Source of the DNA: the human T2T-CHM13v2.0 reference genome, Homo sapiens
Length of the DNA: 64,000 bases
Reading direction: 5' to 3' (one strand)
Assembly (NCBI RefSeq): GCF_009914755.1
Contig: NC_060929.1
The translations under genes and the position numbers were made by a program. Below are positions 14,131 through 26,490 of the stretch, piece after piece. The first letter of the stretch is position 1, and each line of letters opens with the position of its first letter. Under the pieces are notes generated by a model. It saw nothing but the letters and a program-made list of their open reading frames with translations, did no database searches and was not told where the DNA came from.

Positions 14131-14889
14131 GGGAAAGAGAATGTCTTGACTCCAGGTTGGTTCTTTGCATCCTGGGCCTGCTTGGCTGTTGGTAATGGGG
14201 TACTCTCAGATAAGATTTTCTGTAGCGGGGTTGTATCAATGTTAACTTGCAGGTGGGAAGCCTGTTCTAGGGCTTGTCCTTTGAGTGCGGCAGAAATGGT
14301 ATTACAAGGAAATAAATGAATAATAAATGAAGGGCTCCAAAGTCAGGCTGCACCTGCAAGATTTCTGTGTGTGGGAAACTCAGCAAAAAGAAAATGGTCT
14401 CATTGTGCTGTCTCTGCAAGGAAAAGTGGGCTTCTGCAGGCAGCACTGTGTTATGAACAAAGGCTCTGGCTTCTGAAAAGAGACCAAGGTGAGGCACCAA
14501 GGGGTGGAGGCCTTGTTCTGGGGTGCCCAACAGGTTAGTGGTGGCACTGGGATGAGATTCTTCAGAGCACCCCCCACCAGCCCCCCACCATGGTCTCTGT
14601 ACCCCAGCCCTCTGCTCTTGGCATTCTGAAACAGTTATTCCACAGCACATGGTTGTCGAGTGGCTGCCATGTTTGTGATACTGTGCTAGGCCCTGAGGAT
14701 ACAGGGTAGACAGGGCCGCCTTCATAGCACCTACAGTCTTGCTGGGAGACTGTAATGGCAGGAAGGTGACAGAAGTGCTTTTGGTGGGCAGGTAGAGGAT
14801 GTCGTGGGTTAGAATTGCTGTGGGTAGCTTCTTGGACAGTTTACTTTTCTCCTTATTATCTGACCAGATGTCCTGAGCTATGGTGGTGG

Positions 14890-15127
14890 CCAATGTCAGA
14901 TTCACCATGAAGCTTCAGAGTCCCTTCCTTCCAAGGCTCTGGGAGGGGCCCTAGCAATGTGTTTCATGGTCATCAGTTCTCTTAACATTTGCAAAAGAGC
15001 ATTTAACTATGATCAGTTACAACCACTGTCTCTCTTCTCTCTAACTTCCCCTTCTCTCTGGTGGTGGAGTGGCCACAGGCATTTTTAAGATTCTGTGGTG
15101 GGAAAGTTGAGTTGGGATACATCTAAC
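14890..15127 (+). mobile_element. hAT-Tip100-type DNA transposon fragment (Zaphod/MER115-like)
   Basis: 'ttccaaggctctgggaggggccctagcaatgtgtttcatggtca...aagttgagttgggatacat' resembles a recalled consensus; subfamily uncertain. Confidence 0.5.
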
Positions 15128-15429
15128 GGCACTTATAAAATGCATTATGTGCATGCTTTAATTTCATATTCTTCTTAAAGAGCCTCTCCTCATCCCCACC
15201 TGCCAAAGCATCAACATCAGATCCCACAAAACCAGACCTGCCCATGGTGGTGGCTTTGATTTTTCCTACCCAGGGTCTTAGTGGCAGGCAGTGGTGACAG
15301 AAACCAGCAACTTTGCTCCAGGTGAAGAACAGGCTCATAGGCTAAAAGAGCTGTCTGCAGACACCAAAAGGGCTGGCATGGAGACTACTAAGCATATTTA
15401 TCTATTCCTGGTACATAAATTGGGTACAA

Positions 15430-15615
15430 AATTGATAGCATTTCCTCTGTGCCAGGCACTGTTCTAAGCACATCATTACATAGTAACTCTAATCCTCAGA
15501 AACAAGTTTATGAAATAGATATGATTACCTTCATTTAACACGTGAAGGAAGTAAGGTACCATGAGGTCAAGTAACTTGATAGTGGGATTCAAACCCATTG
15601 AGTCTGGCGTCAGGA
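15430..15615 (-). mobile_element. MIR
   Basis: 'tgtgccaggcactgttctaagc...gaggtcaagtaacttg...gggattcaaaccc'. Confidence 0.75.
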
Positions 15616-15617
15616 TC

Positions 15618-15690
15618 AGGTCCTGTGGGCATGTGACCAGTGCATATGCACAGGGCCCTGCACTGAGAGAGGCCCTGCATATACGGGATT
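15618..15690 (+). mobile_element. MER91-like DNA transposon fragment
   Basis: 'gggcatgtgaccagtgcatatgcacagggccctgcactgagagaggccctgca'. Confidence 0.45.
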
Positions 15691-15769
15691 GGTCCTGATC
15701 AGGGCCTGTGCTTCTTATCTCTCACTACATTATTCTGACAGTAGGCAGAATATGGCACAAGCTGCCCCA

Positions 15770-15890
15770 ATAAGTATTGAGTTCCCCAGCCTGGGAGATG
15801 TTCAAGATGAGACTGGACAACACTTGAGCAGGAATACTTTCGAGGAGGCCTAAGTACCAGATAGGAGGAGAGTGGACTAGACACCCTTTA
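15770..15890 (+). mobile_element. L3/CR1 3' fragment
   Basis: 'gagttccccagcctgggagatgttcaagatgagactggacaacactt...ggactagacaccctt'. Confidence 0.4.
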
Positions 15891-17069
15891 GCATCTGAGA
15901 TCTGCTGAGCCTTGAGAGTCTAGGATTCTGGGACTTTCCCTTCCACAACTTTACTGAAAGTCAGAAAATAGAGGAAACAGGGCCTGAGGGAAATAGTCTA
16001 GTACATAGAATTTAGTGAGAAAGTGGGACAGTTCCCAAAGGAAAGAAATCTGTGGAAGGACAAGGAACCTGGAGACATTTCCCTAGACTTCTGGCAATGG
16101 CACTGGGCTGCGGTCCCTTCGAAGCCCAGCACCATTGCCACAAAAACCTGCTTCTCTCTCCTTTATCACCAGAAATGCCCCTGACTAGCTGCAGATAAAT
16201 AAAATGAACATTCAGTTGGGGGGCCTTCTTGGTCTCAGTGAGCCTGTAGGTTCTACCAATGGGGTACCAGCCACAGCAGCAGCTGGTAATACCATGATTA
16301 CAGCAGCACAGATGGGGTTCATTCTGAGACCTTGAGTTTTCCTGTCCTCTGAGGCTGCAGTCTTTGCAGAGTCTTTCCTTACCACCTGGAGAGCTGAACA
16401 GAGACTTGTAGCTTCAGTACTAGGAAAGGGCCTTAGGGGTTGATTCAGTTTGAGAACAGGAGTTCTCAAACTGTTCTCTGGAACCCACGTGTGTGTTTAT
16501 GTGCTTGAGTGTTTTGGGGGACCAACAATTGAGGACATGAGAAACCTATGACCTTCTTCTGGACATTCCGTCATGGCTGTACCAGTAACTCTTAATGTTG
16601 TGACCCTGAGCCAGTTATTTAATCACTTTGATCCTCAATTTCTACCTCTGCAAAGGAGGCATGAGAGGATTAATGTTAGTACTCAACTTGAAAAATTTTT
16701 GTCTAGCTATTCCCGTTAATAACACAAGTTGGATAGTGCTTTGGGGTTTTCAAAGAGCTGTTCACATATGTAATCTCACCGGTTGTCTTAATGGCAAGAA
16801 GTCATATTGCCCTCATTTTACTGATAAAGGAACTGAGGCTAAAGACTTAGGAGGAAGCAAAGCCAGACCTGGAAATCCATAATTTTAGAATAGGGATCCT
16901 TTGTATTTTCTAAAAGTTTGCCCTTTTGTTCATTGTGCCAAGTTCCCACAATTTGATGTTTACATAGTTCCCAGACCACTCTTGTGCACAATGATGTTTT
17001 GCTTAGGTCTGGGGAGCCCTTGATGTGCCCCATCTTAGGTCTGCTTGGACTGGGAGGGAGACTAGCAGA

Positions 17070-17320
17070 GGGAGTCAAAACCTGAGCTCTAAAGTTAGAT
17101 CCCTTGTGTTCACAGTTCCAATCTGTCACTCCCCAGCTGTGTCACCAGAACAAATGGCTTAACCTCCTGGAACCTGAATTTTCTCATGTGCAAAATAAGG
17201 ACAACAGTGGTACCTACCACATGGAACTATTGCAGGAATTCCGTGAGATAATCCATGTAAAATGCCCAGCTCAGTGCCTGGCCCAATGCATCTTAGCTGT
17301 CATTGTTACTGTTAATGTAA
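17070..17320 (+). mobile_element. MIR
   Basis: 'cttaacctcctggaacctgaattttctcatgtgcaaaataagg...gagataatccatgtaaaatgcccagctcagtgcctgg'. Confidence 0.8.
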
Positions 17321-18539
17321 CTATTAGCACATTCACACTAAATGTATCCATCTTTAAATGAGCTACTTTCCATATTTTGGTCATTGCACATTAAACACAT
17401 TTTTAATAAACTTGTTTTAGGCTTAAATTGTAGGCTCCTCTGGTCTTCTTTTTAGCATCTGTTAGAAGTATTTTTAAAAGCTCTGCCTGAATTCATGGGG
17501 AGCCCCTGTAAACCCACTTGAAAGCAGATTTCATCACTAAAAACCCACAAAACACCTCAGTGTGAGTGGAGGAATCAGGATGTAATTTATGGCGTCCACT
17601 TCTTGCTGCCATTTGGCATTTTGCAAACTGCCATTGCCATTAGCTGTCACTTTTGAGTATTTATGATCTTGCGGTTGGAGCACTTTGATTCTCATAACAG
17701 AAACAGGGTCACATTTAGAAAATGTACCCTGGAAAATGTACCATCGAGCTGGAAACTGAGATCCCCCAGGGTGGTTGATGGATGGGGCTGCACAGGGGAA
17801 GTGTGGCCTGCCAGCCAGGCTGCGCTGTGCCCTTTCCACATACCACAGTTGGAAGCTATCTTTGTGTCTCAGGCCTCAGCCTGCCAGGCCTGGGCTTTCT
17901 GCTTGGCAGTGTCTAGGGGTCTGGGGCAAAAAGATGTGTAGCTAAATACCAAAACCATTTTCCATATGGATGCCCTTCACAGCCGTGAGATTGGCAAAGA
18001 TAGAGCTAGGATTTGGCAGGAATTCCTCCATGGTCCTAACCTGGTTCTTTGTGTCCCAGGTAGCAGAGAGTTTGGGATCTTGCAAGTGAGGAAGCATGAG
18101 TTAAGTGTGGCACCAATATACTGAACTGGCAACAGGCAGGACATTGTCGCCCCCTTTGGGCCTCAATTTTTTCTCTGCTAAATGGGAGGATTTGGTTTTG
18201 GTGAGCTCTGAGGACCATTCTTTCAGCCCCATTGAATCTCTTGATTTCAGAGAGGTGCTTGACTGTGAAATTATTTGGGATTTTTGGTCAAAAGAAGTTG
18301 AGCGTTTTGAGAGGAGAGAAGAAATTGCATTTAAGTTGTGGGGTTTTTTTTTGTTTTTAAATCCAGACTATTTATTGTGTGTGAAAAAGAATACCATCTC
18401 CATCACTGTAATGCATCCGCACGCTTGTGAGAATCTGTCTACCAAAGAGTCTGAGGTGAGGATGCAAGTCCTGACTCGGCTATCTCTGTGAGACCTTGGA
18501 CAGATCCCGGTTCCCCTTGCTTTGTTTCTCCAATTGGGA

Positions 18540-18916
18540 AATCCCTGCAGGATACTGCATTACATTAGGTTGCTATGTCTTCTTAAGCTCCTCTTGGCTG
18601 GGACAGTTTATCAGACTTCACCTTGTTTTTGAGGAGCCCTGGCCAAGCATTTTTTTAGAATCTGTTGGAATTTGTCTGATGTTTTTCTGATGCGTAGATG
18701 GGGGTTATGGGTTTGGGGAGCAAGATTACAGAGGTAAAGTGCCATTTTCCTTGCATCACATCAAGGGTACCTACTATTAACATGACTTATCACTGTCGAT
18801 GTTGACCTTGATCACCTGGTGAAGGTCGCGCCTGCTAGATTTCTCCACCGCACCATGACTCATGTTTTCTTCTTTTTCATACTGTACTCTTTGAAGGAAG
18901 TCATTATAAGCTGCCC
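18540..18916 (-). mobile_element. L1MC/L1MD 3' UTR fragment
   Basis: 'gatggggttatgggtttggggag..cagaggtaaagtgccatttt...catcaagggtac...catgacttatcactgtcgatgttgaccttgatcacctgg'. Confidence 0.75.
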
Positions 18917-19809
18917 TTGGCCTCCTCTTTTGAGAAGGCTTTTGGGGCCATTTGTTTATTTCATTAAACATTATTGGCTGCTGCCTGCATACCCGGCACA
19001 GTGTTGGGTACCAGGGTTGTGGAGTTACATACGTAAGACATGGCCTGTGCCCTTGAGGCATTTGGGGTCTAGAAGGCAACACAGACACATGTAGCAACAG
19101 TTACAACAACCCAAGGAAAGTGCAGTGAGAAGTTCCCACAGGCGTGGAAAGGAAGTCGCCTCACACCAGGCTTTTCTGTTTTCTGTTTCCGTGCTTTAAG
19201 TGAATTTTCTTAATGCCCTCTATTTCCTTCAACCATAAAGTTTTAAATGTTAAAAAAAAAAAAAAGCCTAGCTTATTTCCTTTCCATAGTTATCCTGAGA
19301 CTCCTGGATATTATTTTTTAGGCATTTGCATAGCACTTTCTCTGGTGAAAGCATTTTTTAGTCATTAATTAGTAATCCACATTAATATGCAGATTGAATT
19401 AATCTATTTCAGGCAGAAGTCTGTCTTGAGGAAGCAAAATAGCTTAAGTGTTATTTCTCCCCACGTGCATCTTCTCCTTCTCCCCCTGCGCTTTACCCTG
19501 GTCATTATTAGGATTATTGCTGTGATTATTAAACGCTGATTGAGCACTGGAAGTGTCTGCGGTGCTTCGAAGAACTCCAGGGAAGGCAAGTCCCTGCTCT
19601 CTGGACGCAGAGCTGCACAGAGGCTGCCGTGGGGGATTCATTAGCACTGGGAAAGCGAAATTGGCCTCATAAATAGTCATCCTCAGGAAACAGTTTCAGC
19701 TGTCCTATTTTTATTTTAGTTGTACTAAGCTGAATTCCTTCTTGGCTGTTATTGTCTGAGGATGTTGGCTTTTACCTTCAGAAAAAAGTATATCCTTCAT
19801 AATATGACT

Positions 19810-20015
19810 ACCATTTATTGTGCTGTTACTGTGCACCAAGTGTTCGGCAAACTTTGTATTTGATTCGCACCAGCCTCATGGGGGAGGTTCTGTTATTTTC
19901 CTCCTTGTAGAACTGAGGAAGCCAAGTCTCAGGGAGGGGCGATCTCAGGGCTGGTCAGTGTCAGAGCTGAGCTTTGAATTCTTAGCCATATAGCTCCAGA
20001 GCCTTCCCTCTTAGT
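19810..20015 (-). mobile_element. MIR
   Basis: 'ctaccatttattgtgc...actgaggaagccaagtctcagggagg...gagctgagctttgaa'. Confidence 0.65.
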
Positions 20016-20286
20016 GCTTCTCTTTACCTCACCATTCAGTGCCTTCCCAGCCTCACTGCCCACTTTGTTTCTGTATCTTCACATCTTCCTTCCTCTTCTT
20101 GTTGGTCTCTGGGGAATACAAGTCTTTCTGAGATAACTCTGCAGGGTAAGTACTGTCTTTATTTATAGTAGGGCTGGCTCAGGAGTCCTCTGCTGCCACT
20201 GAAGGAGGTTCTCTCGCCTCCCTTCTGCCTACCTGTCCTTCTGTGCACAGTTCAGGGTCATCACCCTGGGTAGGGCACGTATAAGG

Positions 20287-20595
20287 CAGGGGTCCCCAAC
20301 CCCCAGGCCACGGACTACCTTTCAGGAACTGGCTGGCACAGCAGGAGGTGAGCGGTGGGGCGAGCAAGTGAAGCTGAGCTCCGCCTCCTGTCAGATCAGC
20401 TGTGGCATTAGGTTCTCATAGGAGCCAAACCCTATGGTGAACGTGCATGCAAGGGATCCAGGTTGCACACTATTTCTGAGAATCTAATGATAAATGTAAT
20501 GCACTCCCCTCACCCCCCGGACCCCGGTCCCCATCCGTGGAAAAATTGTCTTCCACAAAACGAGTCCCTGTGCCAAAAAGATTGGGGGACTGCTG
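20287..20595 (+). mobile_element. MER1B (hAT-Charlie non-autonomous DNA transposon) with 8-bp TSD
   Basis: Termini CAGGGGTCCCCAAC ... ATTGGGGGACTGCTG; perfect 8-bp TSD GTATAAGG at 20279-20286 and 20596-20603, the hAT signature. Confidence 0.93.
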
Positions 20596-21189
20596 GTATA
20601 AGGTCTCTGCCATTAATCGAACATCATTTATTGGCTAGTGCTGGGGTTACAGATGTGAACCGCCCATTCCTGTCCTCAACCAGCTCACAGTCTACTGAGG
20701 GAAGAAAACACCTTGAGTTCCAGGTGTCCCATTAATTGGGCACTTCTGTTTCTGGCCTTGTAGTAATAGATATCTGTGTTTTAATAAGCAATTCCCACAT
20801 GCCAGACCTTCTGCTCATAGATTGATATCCATGACTCTTGTTGATTCCTCATCCCCTCCTTAGTGAGTGAGTGTTTTGTTCTCCCCATGTAACAGGTAAA
20901 GAAACTAGAGCTCTTAGAAGACTGAATTGCTTAAGAAGAGACATTTGGGACTTGGCAGAGCTGCTTTTCAAACTCAGATCTGCCTGAATCCAGAAGCTCC
21001 CTTTTGAGTTACCTTGATTGCTTCCCTTGTAGTGTTGCCCATGTGTGTATGAGAATGTGTATTCGTGTATACACAGGCTTACACTTACCATACATCAGGC
21101 ACAGGACTAGGTCATTGCTATCCTTATGGGCCTGCCATCTGGTGGGGTGACAGACAGACACAAAAATAACCCTCAAATTTGATTATAGA

Positions 21190-21340
21190 TACTACTTGAC
21201 CTTGGGCAAATCTCTTAACTTCTCTCAGTCCTAGTGTCCTCACCTATAAAATGACGATAATAAAACCTATGTCCCAGGATTATGATAAAGAGTGGAACAG
21301 AGGAAGTACATAAAGCACTTAGTATATAGTAGACCCAATA
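21190..21340 (+). mobile_element. MIR
   Basis: 'tgaccttgggcaaatctcttaacttctctcagtcctagtgtcctcacctataaaatg'. Confidence 0.75.
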
Positions 21341-21759
21341 CACAATAGCACTGACTGCAAGTGTTAGTGAGGTCATAATCCCAGGTTAGAGTACTCAGTA
21401 TGGGGTCAGCTTGACACAATTTTGTGGACTTCTCAGTCATTGGTCTTAGAGCTACAATGAGTTCTTCAGATACTTAAGGACATGGATCATTTCTGATAGT
21501 TTTCTGTGTCCTGGGTTAAGAGGGTGAACTTTCCTAGCAGACAAGATGGATGTGTACTCAACACCTAATAAATGCTATTAATTGATTGAAAACAACCATT
21601 ATATTTTGTGGCTGGGGAAGTTGGGAAAAATCATGCAAGTGTAGCTGAAAGTATTTTATTGAGTAATCTTGAGCGTTGATAAGAGTCCAGTTCCTTGGAT
21701 AAGGAAAGAGAAATTCAAGGCCAGGTACACAAAACCAATGAGAAGGTGCTATTTCACTG

Positions 21760-21980
21760 TGGTATGGAGCAGAGTTAGACCTGGGGTTGAGGCCCTCTCA
21801 GACGCTTCCTGGCTGTGTGACCTGGGCAAAATATAGCAGAGCCTCAAGTGTCCTCATTTGTAATTTGAAGGAAAAAATACCTGCCTTGCAAAATTGTGGA
21901 GATCAAATAAGGTAATGTTCAGAATGCATTTAGTACAGCTTTCCAGTGAGGAGTAGAGCTTAAATGCTCAGTAAAGGGCT
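21760..21980 (+). mobile_element. MIR
   Basis: 'agagttagacctggggttg...ggctgtgtgacctgggcaa...gcctcaagtgtcctcatttgtaa'. Confidence 0.7.
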
Positions 21981-22309
21981 GGAGGTGTTGCTTTGAGGGG
22001 GCCTCTTGCTCAGATTTGGAGCCCCACGGTGTCCTGCCTGATAGATGGTCTATTTCAGATTCCTGTCATTCTCGCTTTTGACTGAGGTTTTTCTGGAAAT
22101 GTCCATGGAAAGAATGTGCTATTGCCAGTTAGACGAGGCCTTCTGGAGAGGCCCTACCCCAGCCCATTCCTAAGGAGTATGGGTTTGGTGTTTGGCAGTT
22201 CCTTAGAATTCTGGGCCCCAGCTGAGGGGCAGAGCTGTGGGATTAGCCAGTTCAGAGTCACTGAAATGTGGAAAGGGGCAGAGAGGGGTGGGGTATAGAG
22301 GACAACAGC

Positions 22310-22850
22310 AACATAATCTCATTATAGAAAGTTCACGAAATGCAGATAAGTGCAAACAAAAGAAATTTCCCAGTAATTGTGACCATCCAGAGATAACCAT
22401 AGTTGCATTACATATATCTGTTCACATTTTTAGCATGCAATTTATATATTTTTAAGGAGATAATAGAGAGGTTTGTGTTAACAAGGTTTTTTTTTTTACA
22501 TGTATCAAAACATCACATTGTACTCCATAAATACATATAATTATTGTGTCAACTAAAAATTAAAACCAAGCTTTTTTTCACTTAATATATTGTGAATAGG
22601 AATTATTTTGTTAATAGAGTTGTGCCTCATCATTTAAAAATACCAGATATTATTCCTCTTTGGGAGATGAATTCTAGTTTCTTTAACCATTCCTATGTTA
22701 TTGGACATTTAGATTATTTCCAGTTTTTCATTATTATACACAACGCACACTGAGCATTCTCTTCAACACATATTGGCTTGTTTGTCCAGTTATTTCCTCA
22801 GTAAAAATCCTGAGAATTGGAGTCATCATAAGGCTTTTTGAATAACATTT
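22310..22850 (-). mobile_element. Ancient L1ME 3' fragments
   Basis: 'ttaaccattcctatgttattggacatttagattatttccagtttttcattattatac'; includes a short sense L1 tail at ~22495-22565. Confidence 0.6.
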
Positions 22851-23929
22851 TTTTCCCCTTCGCCACTACAAGACTTAGAAGTGGCATTAAGAGAAAGGAT
22901 GCTGGAGTTTGGGAACAGGCTTCTTATTCTTCATCACCATCACCACCACCACAGTAACTTACAGTGCCCAGTCCTTCAGAATCACAAAGGATTTTCAGTC
23001 CTTGTCTCATGTGACTGGCTCTGTGAAGTGGGCAGGGCAAGGTAACTCCATTTTGCAGATTAGAAAATGGAATCTCAGGGAACTTTTAAGGGACTTGCTC
23101 AAAGTTGCATAATTAGAAAATAGTAATTACCAGAGTCTTGATTCTACTCCACTCAGTCTAATTCGATGAGTCTTTTGATAATAAAGCACTATTTTTTTAG
23201 GTTGGTCCAGGGTTCCCTACAGGACAGCCATCTTGTTTGAGGAGGGTACAGTCTCTGCCCCACTTTGAACCTCCTGAGGCCGCACTTTTCTGGTGGTAGC
23301 CCAGAAAGCTGCATTTTAAGGTTTCTAGGGTGACTGTTATGGTTTGAGAATTGCTGGTCTGAGCCTGGGCCCTTTGCAGCACTGTTGTGTCCCTCGGGCA
23401 CTTTTCTTCTTCCTGCTTCTCCTGTATTATGCTCTTTGAATACTCTTTGGTGCATCTGCCCAGGCAGCTTTTCCAGGGTTAATAATAATTGTGATCCTAT
23501 GAGGCATAAACCCTCCCTGGAGAGGGTCCCAGTGGCCAGGCAAAAGCTCCTAAATCCCTGCTTCCCTCCTGTCACTCTCTTGAGAGCTCAATGACCGTGG
23601 GCACTTGTGGGATTATGCCCAAGCACTCAGAGCCCTCCTCTGTGTGACAGTATTGTCCTGGCTCAGCCTTGCTGACCTTGTCTGCCTAAAGTGTCTGAGG
23701 TTATTCTAGCTCCTACCCTCAACCCAGACTCCCAGATATAACCCATGCATTTTAAAAAGCCCTTCCTTTTCATTGGTCTCCTTGGAGCACAATAGCCACC
23801 ACTCCTTAAAAGTGCTTCAAGCTTGTCTAGTTACTGTTTTCAGCCCTGGTCTCTTACAGCTTTGTTATTTGTTCTATTTTGGCATGTCTTTTGATTCTGC
23901 AAAGCTTAAATTACTTTCCTAAGAGTGTA

Positions 23930-24180
23930 GTAAGTCAGTTCTGTTAAAAGCACAGACCATGAAACACAAGCAGATCTGGGTTCACATTATAGCTCTGCCA
24001 CTTACTAGCTGTGTGACCTTGAGCTGGTTACTTCATGTCTCTGTGCCTTCTCTCCCATCTGCAAAATGAGATAGCATCAGCCCTCACTTTATAAATATTT
24101 TTAGAGATGGGGTCTCAACTTATCTTATCTCAAATAAGATAATGAATGAAGGTGATTAGCAGGGTGCCTGGTACACTGTC
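23930..24180 (+). mobile_element. MIR
   Basis: 'gatctgggttcac...ctctgccacttactagctgtgtgaccttgagc'. Confidence 0.8.
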
Positions 24181-24439
24181 ATTGATGGTATCACTGTATC
24201 CTCCCTTGGGAACAGAGACTACTCTTTTGCTTTCTACTCCCACTCACTTCTGAGCATTTGCAGTTCCCATAACAGACAGAAGAGAAATGCAATATTTGTT
24301 GAACAAATTATTTGACTCTTCCTGTTTCCATCTGAGTACTATTTAACATAGGACTGCTTGCCAGGTGTACCTGGGTATACTTTCCCACATAAGCAACTTT
24401 CCCTTTTGGGGAGAATTTAACCAAAAGTGCCAATATTAC

Positions 24440-24685
24440 ATAGTGGTTAATAATGCATAGTCCAGAATTAGACTACCTGGATTTGACTCCTGTTCTGCCA
24501 TTTGATAGCTGTGTGACCTTGAGCAAATTATTTAACCACTCTGTCTCAGTTTTCTCATCTATAAAAGAGAAGCAATAATAGTTCTTTCTCATGTGGTCAT
24601 CATGAGGATTAAAGTAGTTAATAGAATTAATTCTTTAAATAGGGTCTGTCACAGAGTAAACCGTTGATGAAAGTTGTTATTATTA
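24440..24685 (+). mobile_element. MIR
   Basis: 'tagtggttaa...ttagactacctggatttgactcctgttctgccatttgatagctgtgtgaccttgagcaaattatttaacc'. Confidence 0.85.
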
Positions 24686-25237
24686 TGTTCTTTCAAAGAT
24701 CTTTCAGGGAAGGAGTATTGCTGTCTAAAGGCATTTCAAGAAGTTGCTAGGGGAGCTGGTCTTAACACTCAGAATTCTTCCTCTAAGCCATTGTTTGACA
24801 GATATTATAAATTGGTCCCCATCTCTTCAGCCACTGGTGGCTTAATAAGGATTTACATTCCTGAGATGTTAGTGCTTTAAAGGGTGCTTAGAGAGCTTCT
24901 TGGCCATAGTCCTCATTTTATAGATGAGGATAAGAGGCCCAGACAGGGAGGAAGCTTGCCCTGGTCACTCAGTGGGTGAGTAGCAGCACCAGGAACCAGA
25001 ACCAGAGCCCAGGGCTCGGACCATGACAGCAAGCACTTAGTTTTCATTGCCATGTTCCGCAACCTGCAAGGGATGAGAAGGCTCATTTTCTCCCTAAACG
25101 GGAGCTTTGCCACTGCTGGGAATGGAGTGACCGCCTAGCAAGTGATGGATTACGTAGTTAGATAGCAGTCATGTGGCCTGTATTATTCCTTGCATAGCCA
25201 CAGCCACATTTGTATAATATTAAGAATTATTTCAGGA

Positions 25238-25381
25238 GGCTGGGTGTGGTGGCTCATGCCTGTAATCCCAGCACTTTCAGAGGCTCAGGTGGGAGGATTG
25301 CTTGAGGCTGGGTATTTAAGACCAGCCTGGGCAACATAGTGAGATCCTGTCTCTAAAAAATTTTTTTTTAATTAAAAAAAA
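25238..25381 (+). mobile_element. FLAM (free left Alu monomer) with 13-bp TSD
   Basis: Single monomer 'ggctgggtgtggtggctcatgcc...gagatcctgtctct' with A-rich tail; TSD AAGAATTATTTCA at 25222-25234 and 25382-25394. Confidence 0.9.
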
Positions 25382-25789
25382 AAGAATTATTTCAACCTGC
25401 TTTGAAAGTGAGATGAGATTCCAACATATGAAAGGCTTATTTGGGGGAATGCTGGATCAAGTTTCTACTGTGAGCCCAGAGGGCAAAGCTGGGACTGGTG
25501 AGATTGGGGGAGTTCAGTGCTTATCCGTGTAATAAGTTAGTTAAGAGTGTTTTCTCTATGCTGGAGGACTGCCCAGGATGGAGTGATAATCCGGCAGACA
25601 GCAAGGGTGGCAGATGTGAAAACACGTGAGCCCAGTAAAGGGGAACAGGTGCTGTGAGAGAAGCAAAGGCAGCAGCCAGAGAGGGCAAAAAGCAGGGGCA
25701 GCCACTTCAGCCTGGAACCAGGTCTCAAGGAGGTATCACTGCTGGGGTATATCTTCAAAGATGAATGTGTGTTTTCTAGGCAAATGGAG

Positions 25790-26275
25790 GTTGGGACTTT
25801 CCCAGCAGAGAGAACACAGCACAGTATGAAAAGTTCACCATTTTTGGTGGTCTCAAAACTCCTTAAGTGTGGAACATGGAGTTGAGGGGAGACCTAGATG
25901 TAAGATAGAGATTGGGGGTGCTGATCACCAGGGGCCTGTGGGTTCTTCCTGGGAGCTGAAGTCCATGGGGTGCCACTGCAGGGATTCTGGAAGCTCATGC
26001 AGCAAAATGAGCTGCACAGCTTTGCAATTTAGAAAGCTCACTGGGCTGTCAGCCTGGAAAGCAGGCTGGAATGGACACTGGAGTCCAGGAGAGCTGTTGA
26101 AGACTTGTGTGGTGATGCAAGGGGGTGGAGATGACAACTAGAGCCACCATGGTGGCAGTGAGGATGGGCATGCAAAGACAAGGATGAGAGGACAGAAGAG
26201 TCCAAGAGGTGGAGTCAGCACGACTTGGTCACCAGTCGGATACGGGGAGGTGAGGGACAGGTGATGTTGAGGCTA
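25790..26275 (-). mobile_element. L2 fragment
   Basis: 'gtttgcaatttagaaagctcactgggctgtcagcctgga'-like and 'ggtggcagtgaggatgg...gaggtggagtcagcacgacttggt' L2 motifs. Confidence 0.6.
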
Positions 26276-26277
26276 GC

Positions 26278-26490
26278 AATGACAGCTGTTGTGCATTGAG
26301 CACTTAGCTATGTGCCCTGCATGGTGCTAAGCACCTGACATGGGTGATCTCATTTTATCCTCACCAGTGGGTACTACCCCTGTAAGCTTGCTCTACCCAT
26401 GTCACAGCTGAGAAAACTAGCTCAGAAAGGTTCAAACTTGTCCTCAGGTCACAGTGAATGAGTCATATAGCTGGGACTCCGAGCTCTGGC
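26278..26490 (-). mobile_element. MIR, apparently split by the L1PA insertion and resuming at ~29726
   Basis: 'cattgagcacttagctatgtgccctgcatggtgctaagcac...acagctgagaaaactagctcagaaaggttcaaacttgtcctcaggtcacag...gactccgagctctggc'. Confidence 0.8.

Noticed and set aside
14267-14908. Longest ORF in the track (213 aa, minus strand)
   Set aside because: No recognisable domain; it appears to overlap an L2-like fragment (~14630-14760) and a DNA-transposon edge, and no splice context is evident. Compatible with chance.
20100-20152. Consensus splice donor GG|GTAAGT
   Set aside because: No convincing upstream acceptor or coding frame; isolated donors are common in 64 kb.
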